Assembly: GCF_009914755.1 (NCBI RefSeq)
Contig: NC_060925.1
Length of the DNA: 64,000 nucleotides
DNA from: the human T2T-CHM13v2.0 reference genome, Homo sapiens
Direction: 5' to 3' (one strand)
Below are positions 44,026 through 57,000 of this stretch, piece after piece. Within the stretch, counting starts at the first letter, position 1. Each line of letters begins with the position of its first letter. The notes under the pieces were generated by a model. It saw only the letters and a program-made list of their open reading frames with translations. It did not search any database and was not told where the DNA came from. A program made the position numbers and the translations under genes.

Positions 44026-45088
44026 ATGGAATCGTCATCGAATGAATTGAATGCAATCATCGAATGGTCTCGAATGGAATCATCTTCTAATGGAAAGGAA
44101 TGGAATCATCGCATAGAATCAAATGGAATTATCATCGAATGGAATCGAATGGTATCAACACCAAACGGAAAAAAACGGAATTATCGAATGGAATCGAAGA
44201 GAATCTTCGAACGGACCCGAATGGAATCATCTAATGGAATGGAATGGAATAATCCATGGACTCGAATGCAATCGTCATCGAATGGAATCGAATGGAATCA
44301 TCGAATGGACTCGAATGGAATAATCATTGAACGGAATCGATTGGAATCATCATCGGATGGAAACGAATGGAATCATCATCGAATGGAAATGAAAGGAGTC
44401 ATCATCTAATGGAATTGCATGGAATCATCATAAAATGGAATCGAATGGAATCAACATCAAATGGAATCAAATGGAATCATTGAACGGAATTGAATGGAAT
44501 CGTCATCGAATGAATTGACTGCAATCATCGAATGGTCTCGAATGGAATCATCTTCAAATGGAATGGAATGGAATCATCGCATAGAATCGAATGGAATTAT
44601 CATCGAATGGAATCGAATGGAATCAACATCAAACGGAAAAAAACGGAATTATCGAATGGAATCGAAGAGAATCATCGAATGGACCCGAATGGAATCATCT
44701 AATGGAATGGAATGGAATAATCCATGGACTCGAATGCAATCATCATCGAATGGAATCGAATGGAATCATCGAATGAACTCGAATGGAATCATCATTGAAT
44801 GGAATCGAATGGAATCATCGAGTGGAATCGAATGGAATTATGATCAAATGGAATCGAATGTAATCATCATCAAATGGAATCAAAAATAACCATCATCAAT
44901 TGGTATTGAATGGAATTGTCATCAAATGGAATTCAAAGGAATCATCATCAAATGGAACCGAATGGAATCCTCATTGAATGGAAATGAAAGGGGTCATCAT
45001 CTAATGGAATCGCATGGAATCATCATCAAATGGAATCGAATGGAATCATCATCAAATGGAATCTAATGGAATCATTGAACAGAATTGA
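44026..45088 (+). repeat. Short unit, 1063 bp
   Basis: Anchor spacing 1063; junction at ~44772-44775. Confidence 0.92.
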
Positions 45089-48000
45089 ATGGAATCGTCA
45101 TCGAATGAATTGAATGCAATCATCGAATGGTCTCGAATGGAATCATCTTCTAATGGAAAGGAATGGAATCATCGCATAGAATCGAATGGAATTATCATCG
45201 AATGGAATCGAATGGTATCAACACCAAACGGAAAAAAACGGAATTATCGAATGGAATCAAAGAGAAACTTCGAACGGACCCGAATGGAATCATCTAATGG
45301 AATGGAATGGAATAATCCATGGACTCGAATGCAATCATCATCGAATGGAATCGAATGGAATCATCGAATGGACTCGAATGGAATAATCATTGAACGGAAT
45401 CGAATGGAATCATCATCGGATGGAAACGAATGGAATCATCATCGAATGGAAATGAAAGGAGTCATCATCTAATGGAATTGCATGGAATCATCATAAAATG
45501 GAATCGAATGGAATCAACATCAAATGGAATCAAATGCAATCATTGAACGGAATTGAATGGAATCGTCATCGAATGAATTGACTGCAATCATCGAATGGTC
45601 TCCAATGGAATCATCTTCAAATGGAATGGAATGGAATCATCGCATAGAATCGAATGGAATTATCATCGAATGGAATCGAATGGAATCAACATCAAACGGA
45701 AAAAAACGGAATTATCGAATGGAATCGAAGAGAATCATCGAATGGACCCGAATGGAATCATCTAATGGAATGGAATGGAATAATCCATGGACTCGAATGC
45801 AATCATCATCGAATGGAATCGAATGGAATCATCGAATGGACTCGAATGGAATAATCATTGAACGGAAACGAATGGAATCATCATCGGATGGAAATGAATG
45901 GAATCATCATCGAATGGAATCGAATAGAATTATGGAATGAAATCCAGTGTGATCATCATCGAATGGACCCGAATGGAATCATCATCCAACGGAAGCTAAT
46001 GGAATCAACATCGAATGAATCAAATGGAAACACCATCGAATTGAAACGAATAGAATTATCATGAAATTGAAATGGATGGACTCATCATCGAATGGATTCG
46101 AATGGAATCATCGAATAAAATTGATTGAAGTCATCATCGAATGGAATCGAATGGTATCATTGAATGGAATCGAATGGAATCATCATCAGATGGAAATGAA
46201 TGGAATCGTCATAGAATGGAATCGAATGGATTCATTGAATGGAATCAGATGGAATCATCGAATGGACTGGAATGGAATCATTGAATGGACTCGAAAGGGA
46301 TCATGATTGAATGGAATTGAATGGAATCATCGAATGGTCTCGATTGGAATCATTATCAAATGGAATCGAATGGAATCACCGAATAGAATCGAATGGAACA
46401 ATCATCGAATGGACTCAAATGGAATTATCCTCCAATGGAATCGAATGGAATTATCGAATGCAATCGAATGGAATTATCGAATGCAATCGAATAGAATCAT
46501 CGAATGGACTCGAATGGAATCATCGAATGGAATGGAATGGAACAGTCAATGAACTCGAATGGAATCATCATTGAATGGAATCGAATGGAATCATCGAGTG
46601 GAATCGAATGGAATTATGATCAAATGGAATCGAATGTAATCATCATCAAATGGAATCAAAAATAACCATCATCAATTGGTATTGAATGGAATTGTCATCA
46701 AATGGAATTCAAAGGAATCATCATCAAATGGAACCGAATGGAATCCTCATTGAATGGAAATGAAAGGGGTCATCATCTAATGGAATCGCATGGAATCATC
46801 ATCAAATGGAATCGAATGGAATCATCATCAAATGGAATCTAATGGAATCATTGAACAGAATTGAATGGAATCTTCATCGAATGAATTGAATGCAATCATC
46901 GAATGGTCTCGAATGGAATCATCTTCTAATGGAAAGGAATGGAATCATCGCAGAGAATCGAATGGAATTATCATCGAATGGAATCGAATGGTATCAACAC
47001 CAAACGGAAAAAAACGGAATTATCGAATGGAATCGAAGAGAATCTTCGAACGGACCCGAATGGAATCATCTAATGGAATGGAATGGAATAATCCATGGAC
47101 TCGAATGCAATCATCATCGAATGGAATCGAATGGAATCATCGAATGGACTCGAATTTAATAATCATTGAACGGAATCGAATGGAATCATCATCGGATGGA
47201 AACGAATGGAATCATCATCGAATGGAAATGAAAGGAGTCATCATCTAATGGAATTGCATGGAATCATCATAAAATGGAATCGAATGGAATCAACATCAAA
47301 TGGAATCAAATGGAATCATTGAACGGAATTGAATGGAAGCGTCATCGAATGAATTGACTGCAATCATCGAATGGTCTCGAATGGAATCATCCTCAAATGG
47401 AATGGAATGGAATCATCGCATAGAATCGAATGGAATTATCATCGAATGGAATCGAATGGAATCAACATCCAACGGAAAAAAACGGAATTATCGAATGGAA
47501 TCGAAGAGAATCATCGAATGGACCCGAATGGAATCATCTAATGGAATGGAATGGAATAATCCATGGACTCGAATGCAATCATCATCGAATGGAATCGAAT
47601 GGAATCATCGAATGGACTCGAATGGAATAATCATTGAACAGAATCGAATGGAATCATCATCGGATGGAAATGAATGGAATCATCATCGAATGGAATCGAA
47701 TAGAATTATGGAATGAAATCCAGTGTGATCATCATCGAATGGACCCGAATGGAATCATCATCCAACGGAAGCTAATGGAATCAACATCGAATGAATCGAA
47801 TGGAAACACCATCGAATTGAAACGAATGGAATTATCATGAAATTGAAATGGATGGACTCATCATCGAATGGATTCGAATGGAATCATCGAATAAAATTGA
47901 TTGAAATCATCATCCAATGGAATCGAATGGTATCATTGAATGGAATCGAATGGAATCATCATCAGATGGAAATGAATGGAATCGTCATAGAATGGAATCG

Positions 48001-51000
48001 AATGGATTCATTGAATGGAATCAGATGGAAACATCGAATGGACTGGAATGGAATCATTGAATGGACTCGAAAGGGATCATGATTGAATGGAATTGAATGG
48101 AATCATGGAATGGTCTCGATTGGAATCATTATCAAATGGAATCGAATGGAATCACCGAATAGAATCGAATGGAACAATCATCGAATGGACTCAAATGGAA
48201 TTATCCTCCAATGGAATCGAATGGAATTATCGAATGCAATCGAATGGAATTATCGAATGCAATCGAATAGAATCATCGAATGGACTCGAATGGAATCATT
48301 GAATGGAATGGAATGGAACAGTCAATGAACACGAATGGAATCATCACTGAATGGAATCGAATGGAATCATCGAGTGGAATCGAATGGAATTATGATCAAA
48401 TGGAATCGAATGTAATCATCATCAAATGGAATCAAAAATAACCATCATCAATTGGTATTGAATGGAATTGTCATCAAATGGAATTCAAAGGAATCATCAT
48501 CAAATGGAACCGAATGGAATCCTCATTGAATGGAAATGAAAGGGGTCATCATCTAATGGAATCGCATGGAATCATCATCAAATGGAATTGAATGGAATCA
48601 TCATCAAATGGAATCTGATGGAATCATTGAACAGAATTGAATGGAATCGTCATCGAATGAATTGAATGCAATCATCGAATGGTCTCGAATGGAATCATCT
48701 TCTAATGGAAAGGAATGGAATCATCGCATAGAATCGAATGGAATTATCATCGAATGGAATCGAATGGTATCAACACCAAACGGAAAAAAACGGAATTATC
48801 GAATGGAATCGAAGAGAATCTTCGAACGGACCCGAATGGAATCATCTAATGGAATGGAATGGAATAATCCATGGACTCGAATGCAATCATCATCGAATGG
48901 AATCGAATGGAATCATCGAATGGACTCGAATGGAATAATCATTGAACGGAATCGAATGGAATCATTATCAGATGGAAACGAATGGAATCATCATCGAATG
49001 GAAATGAAAGGAGTCATCATCTAATGGAATTGCATGGAATCATCATAAAATGGTATCGAATGGAATCAACATCAAATGGAATCAAATGGAATCATTGAAC
49101 GGAATTGAATGGAATCATCATCGAATAAATTGACTGCAATCATCGAATGGTCTCGAATGGAATCATCTTCAAATGGAATGGAATGGAATCATCGCATAGA
49201 ATCGAATGGAATCATCATCGAATGGAATCGAATGGAATCAACATCAAACGGAAAAAAACGGAATTATCGTATGGAATCGAAGAGAATCATCGAATGGACC
49301 CGAATGGAATCATCTAATGGAATGGAATGGAATAATCCATGGACTCGAATGCAATCATCATCGAATGGAATCGAATGGAATCATCGAATGGACTCGAATG
49401 GAATAATCATTGCACGGAATAGAATGGAATCATCATCGGATGGAAATGAATGGAATCATCATCGAATGGAATCGAATAGAATTATGGAATGAAATCCAGT
49501 GTGATCATCATCGAATGGACCCGAATGGAATCATCATCCAATGGAAGCTAATGGAATCAACATCGAATGAATCGAATGGAAACACCATCGAATTGAAACG
49601 AATGGAATTATCATGAAATTGAAATGGATGGACTCATCATCGAATGGATTCGAATGGAATCATCGAATAAAATTGATTGAAATCATCATCCAATGGAATC
49701 GAATGGTATCATTGAATGGAATCGAATGGAATCATCATCAGATGGAAATGAATGGAATCGTCATAGAATGGAATCGAATGGATTCATTGAATGGAATCAG
49801 ATGGAATCATCGAATGGACTGGAATGGAATCATCGAATGGACTCGAAAGGGATCATGATTGAATGGAATTGAATGGAATCATCGAATGGTCTCGATTGGA
49901 ATCATTATCAAATGGAATCGAATGGAATCACCGAATAGAATCGAATGGAACAATCATCGAATGGACTCAAATGGAATTATCCTCAAATGGAATCGAATGG
50001 AATTATCGAATGCAATCGAATGGAATTATCGAATGCAATCGAATAGAATCATCGAATGGACTCGAATGGAATCATCGAATGGAATGGAATGGAACAGTCA
50101 ATGAACTCGAATGGAATCATCATTGAATGGAATCGAATGGAATCATCGAGTGGAATCGAATGGAATTATGATCAAATGGAATCGAATGTAATCATCATGA
50201 AATGGAATCAAAAATAACCATCATCAATTGGTATTGAATGGAATTGTCATCAAATGGAATTCAAAGGAATCATCATCAAATGGAACCGAATGGAATCCTC
50301 ATTGAATGGAAATGAAAGGGGTCATCATCTAATGGAATCGCATGGAATCATCATCAAATGGAATCAAATGGAATCATCATCAAATGGAATCTAATGGAAT
50401 CATTGAACAGAATTGAATGGAATCGTCATCGAATGAATTGAATGCAATCATCGAATGGTCTCGAATGGAATCATCTTCTAATGGAAAGGAATGGAATCAT
50501 CGCATAGAATCGAATGGAATTATCATCGAATGGAATCGAATGGTATCAACACCAAACGGAAAAAAACGGAATTATCGAATGGAATCAAAGAGAATCTTCT
50601 AACGGACCCGAATGGAATCATCTAATGGAATGGAATGGAATAATCCATGGACTCGAATGCAATCATCATCGAATGGAATCGAATGGAATCATCGAATGGA
50701 CTCGAATGGAATAATCATTGAACGGAATCGAATGGAATCATTATCAGATGGAAACGAATGGAATCATCTTCGAATGGAAATGAAAGGAGTCATCATCTAA
50801 TGGAATTGCATGGAATCATCATAAAATGGAATCGAATGAAATCAACATCAAATGGAATCAAATGGAATCATTGAACGGAATTGAATGGAATCGTCATCGA
50901 ATGAATTGACTGCAATCATCGAATGGTCTCGAATGGAATCATCTTCAAATGGAATGGAATGGAATCATCGCATAGAATCGAATGGAATTATCATCGAATG

Positions 51001-54000
51001 GAATCGAATGGTATCAACACCAAACGGAAAAAAACGGAATTATCGAAAGGAATCGAAGAGAATCTTCGAACGGACCCGAATGGAATCATCTAATGGAATG
51101 GAATGGAATAATCCATGGACTCGAATGCAATCATCATCGAATGGAATCGAATGGAATCATCGAATGGACTCGAATGGAATAATCATTGAACGGAATCGAA
51201 TGGAATCATCATCGGATGGAAATGAATGGAATCATCATCGAATGGAATCGAATAGAATTATGGAATGAAATCCACTGTGATCATCATCGAATGGACCCGA
51301 ATGGAATCATCATCCAACAGAAGCTAATGGAATCAACATCGAATGAATCGAATGGAAACACCATCGAATTGAAACGAATGGAATTACCATGAAATTAAAA
51401 TGGATGGACTCATCATCGAATGGATTCGGATGGAATCATCGAATAAAATTGATTGAAATCATCATCGAATGAAATCGAATGGTATCATTGAATGGAATCG
51501 AATGGAATCATCATCAGATGGAAATGAATGGAATCGTCATAGAATGGAATCGAATGGATTCATTGAATGGAATCAGATGGAATCATCGAATGGACTGGAA
51601 TGGAATCATTGAATGGACTCGAAAGGGATCATGATTGAATGGAATTGAATGGAATCATCGAATGGTCTCGATTGGAATCATTATCAAATGGAATCGAATG
51701 GAATCACCGAATAGAATCGAATGGAACAATCATCGAATGGACTCAAACGGAATTATCCTTAAATGGAATCGAATGGAATTATCGAATGCAATCGAATAGA
51801 ATCATCGAATGGACTCGAATGGAATCATCGAATGGAATGGAATGGAACAGTCAATGAACTCGAATGGAATCATCATTGAATGGAATCGAATGGAATCATC
51901 GAGTGGAATCGAATGGAATTATGATCAAATGGAATCGAATGTAATCATCATCAAATGGAATCAAAAATAACCATCATCAATTGGTATTGAATGGAATTGT
52001 CATCAAATGGAATTCAAAGGAATCATCATCAAATGGAACCGAATGGAATCCTCATTGAATGGAAATGAAAGGGGTCATCATCTAATGGAATCGCATGGAA
52101 TCATCATCAAATGGAATCGAATGGAATCATCATCAAATGGAATCTAATGGAATCATTGAACAGAATTGAATGGAATCGTCATCGAATGAATTGAATGCAA
52201 TCATCGAATGGTCTCGAATGGAATCATCTTCTAATGGAAAGGAATGGAATCATCGCATAGAATCGAATGGAATTATCATCGAATGGAATCGAATGGTATC
52301 AACACCAAACGGAAAAATACGGAATTATCGAATGGAATCGAAGAGAATCTTCGAACGGACCCGAATGGAATCATCTAATGGAATGGAATGGAATAATCCA
52401 TGGACTCGAATGCAATCATCATCGAATGGAATCGAATGGAATCATCGAATGGACTCGAATGGAATAATCATTGAACGGAATCGAATGGAATCATCATCGG
52501 ATGGAAACGAATGGAATCATCATCGAATGGAAATGAAAGGAGTCATCATCTAATGGAATTGCATGGAATCATCATAAAATGGAATCGAATGGAATCAACA
52601 TCAAATGGAATCAAATGGAATCATTGAACGGAATTGAATGGAATCGTCATCGAATGAATTGACTGCAATCATCGAATGTTCTCGAATGGAATCATCTTCA
52701 AATGAAATGGAATGGAATCATCGCATAGAATCGAATGGAATTATCATCGAATGGAATCGAATGGAATCAACATCAAACGGAAAAAAACGGAATTATCGTA
52801 TGGAATCGAAGAGAATCATCGAATAGACCCGAATGGAATCATCTAATAGAATGGAATGGAATAATCCATGGACTCGAATGCAATCATCATCGAATGGAAT
52901 CGAATGGAATCATCGAATGGACTCGAATGGAATAATCATTGAACGGAATCGAATGGAATCATCATCGGATGGAAATGAATGGAATCATCATCGAATGGAA
53001 TCTAATAGAATTATGGAATGAAATCCAGTGTGATCATCATCGAATGGACCCGAATGGAATCATCATCCAACGGAAGCTAATGGAATCAACATCGAATGAA
53101 TCAAATGGAAACACCATCGAATTGAAAGGAATGGAATTATCATGAAATTGAAATGGATGGACTCATCATCGAATGGATTCGAATGGAATCATCGAATAAA
53201 ATTGATTGAAATCATCATCGAATGGAATCGAATGGTATCATTGAATGGAATCGAATGGAATCATCATCAGATGGAAATGAATGGAATCGTCATAGAATGG
53301 AATCGAATGGATTCATTGAATGGAATCAGATGGAATCATCGAATGGACTGGAATGGAATCATTGAATGGACTCGAAAGGGATCATGATTGAATGGAATTG
53401 AATGGAATCATCGAATGGTCTCGATTGGAATCATTATCAAATGGAATCGAATGGAATCACCGAATAGAATCGAATGGAACAATCATCGAATGGACTCAAA
53501 TGGAATTATCCTCAAATGGAATCGAATGGAATTATCGAATGCAATCGAATGGAATTATCGAATGCAATCGAATAGAATCATCGAAAGGACTCGAATGGAA
53601 TCATCGAATGGAATGGAATGGAACAGTCAATGAACTCGAATGGAATCATCATTGAATGGAATCGAATGGAATCATCGAGTGGAATCGAATGGAATTATGA
53701 TCAAATGGAATCGAATGTAATCATCATCAAATGGAATCAAAAATAACCATCATCAATTGGTATTGAATGGAATTGTCATCAAATGGAATTCAAAGGAATC
53801 ATCATCAAATGGAACCGAATGGAATCCTCATTGAATGGAAATGAAAGGGGTCATCATCTAATGGAATCGCATGGAATCATCATCAAATGGAATCGAATGG
53901 AATCATCATCAAATGGAATCTAATGGAATCATTGAACAGAATTGAATGGAATCGTCATCGAATGAATTGAATGCAATCATCGAATGGTCTCGAATGGAAT

Positions 54001-57000
54001 CATCTTCTAATGGAAAGGAATGGAATCATCGCATAGAATCGAATGGAATTATCATCGAATGGAATCGAATGGTATCAACACCAAACGGAAAAAAACGGAA
54101 TTATCGAATGGAATCGAAGAGAATCTTCGAACGGACCCGAATGGAATCATCTAATGGAATGGAATGGAATAATCCATGGACTCGAATGCAATCATCATCG
54201 AATGGAATGGAATGGAATCATCGAATGGACTCGAATGGAATAATCATTGAACGGAATCGAATGGAATCATCATCGGATGGAAACGAATGGAATCATCATC
54301 GAATGGAAATGAAAGGAGTCATCATCTAATGGAATTGCATGGAATCATCATAAGATGGAATCGAATGGAATCAAAATCAAATGGAATCAAATGGAATCAT
54401 CGAACGGAATTGAATGGAATCGTCATCGAATGAATTGACTGCAATCATCGAATGGTCTCGAATGGAATCATCTTCAAATGGAATGGAATGGAATCATCGC
54501 ATAGAATCGAATGGAATTATCATCGAATGGAATCGAATGGAATCAACATCAAACGGAAAAAAACAGAATTATCGTATGGAATTGAAGAGAATCATCGAAT
54601 GGACCCGAATGGAATCATCTAATGGAATGGAATGGAATAATCCATGGACTCGAATGCAATCATCATCGAATGGAATCGAATGGAATCTTCGAATGGACTC
54701 GAATGGAATAATCATTGAACGGAATCGAATGTAATCATCATCGGATGGAAATGAATGGAATCATCATCGAATGGAATCGAATAGAATTATGGAATGAAAT
54801 CCAGTGTGATCATCATCGAATGGACCCGAATGGAATCATCATCCAACGGAAGCTAATGGAATCAACATCGAATGAATCGAATGGAAACACCATCGAATTG
54901 AAACGAATGGAATTATCATGAAATTGAAATGGATGGACTCATCATCGAATGGATTCGAATGGAATCAACGAATAAAATTGATTGAAATCATCATCAAATG
55001 GAATCGAATGGTATCATTGAATGGAATCGAATGGAATCATCATCAGATGGAAATGAATGGAATCGTCATAGAATGGAATCGAATGGATTCATTGAATGGA
55101 ATCAGATGGAATCATCGAATGGACTGGAATGGAATCATTGAATGGACTCGAAAGGGATCATTATTGAATGGAATTGAATGGAATCATCGAATGGTCTCGA
55201 TTGGAATCATTATCAAATGGAATCGAATGGAATCACCGAATAGAATCGAATGGAACAATCATCGAATGGACTCAAATGGAATTATCCTCAAATGGAATCG
55301 AATGGAATTATCGAATGCAATCGAATGGAATTATCGAATGCAATCGAATAGAATCATCGAAAGGACTCGAATGGAATCATCGAATGGAATGGAATGGAAC
55401 AGTCAGTGAACTCGAATGGAATCATCATTGAATGGAATCGAATGGAATCATCGAGTGGAATCGAATGGAATTATGATCAAATGGAATCGAATGTAATCAT
55501 CATCAAATGGAATCAAAAATAACCATCATCAATTGGTATTGAATGGAATTGTCATCAAATGGAATTCAAAGGAATCATCATCAAATGGAACCGAATGGAA
55601 TCCTCATTGAATGGAAATGAAAGGGGTCATCATCTAATGGAATCGCATGGAATCATCATCAAATGGAATCGAATGGAATCATCATCAAATGGAATCTAAT
55701 GGAATCATTGAACAGAATTGAATGGAATGGTCATCGAATGAATTGAATGCAATCATCGAATGGTCTCGAATGGAATCATCTTCTAATGGAAAGGAATGGA
55801 ATCATCGCATAGAATCGAATGGAATTATCATCGAATGGAATCGAATGGTATCAACACCAAACGGAAAAAAACGGAATTGTCGAATGGAATCGAAGAGAAT
55901 CTTCGAACGGACCTGAATGGAATCATCTAATGGAATAGAATGGAATAATCCATGGAGTCGAATGCAATCATCATCGAATGGAATCGAATGGAATCATCGA
56001 ATGGACTCGAATGGAATAATCATTGAACGGAATCGATTGGAATCATCATCGGATGGAAACGAATGGAATCATCATCGAATGGAAATGAAAGGAGTCATCA
56101 TCTAATGGAATTGCATGGAATCATCATAAAATGGAATCGAATGGAATCAACATCAAATGGAATCAAATGGAATCATTGAACGGAATTGAATGGAATCGTC
56201 ATCGAATGAATTGACTGCAATCATCCAATGGTCTCGAATGGAATCATGTTCAAATGGAATGGAATGGAATCATCGCATAGAATCGAATGGAATTATCATC
56301 GAATGGAATCGAATGGAATCAACATCCAACGGAAAAAACGGAATTATCGAATGGAATCGAAGAGAATCATCGAATGGACCCGAATGGAATCATCTAATGG
56401 AATGGAATGGAATAATCCATGGACTCGAATGCAATCATCATCGAATGGAATCGAATGGAATCATCGAATGGACTCGAATGGAATAATCATTGAACGGAAT
56501 CGAATGGAATCATCATCGGATGGAAATGAATGGAATCATCATCGAATGGAATCGAATAGAATTATGGAATGAAATCCAGTGTGATCATCATCGAATGGAC
56601 CCGAATGGAATCATCATCCAACGGAAGCTAATGGAATCAACATCGAATGAATCGAATGGAAACACCATCGAATTGAAACGAATGGAATTATCATGAAATT
56701 GAAACGGATGGACACATCATCGAATGGATTCGAATGGAATCATCGAATAAAATTGATTGAAATCATCATCAAATGGAATCGAATGGTATCATTGAATGGA
56801 ATCGAATGGAATCATCATCAGATGGAAATGAATGGAATCGTCATAGAATGGAATCGAATGGATTCATTGAATGGAATCAGATGGAATCATCGAATGGACT
56901 GGAATGGAATCATTGAATGGACTCGAAAGGGATCATGATTGAATGGAATTGAATGGAATCATCGAATGGTCTCGATTGGAATCATTATCAAATGGAATCG

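Noticed and set aside
40736-56340. 1-bp deletions at ~40740 (AAA>AA) and ~56335 (A7>A6)
   Set aside because: These singleton homopolymer contractions cannot be distinguished from sequencing or consensus error.
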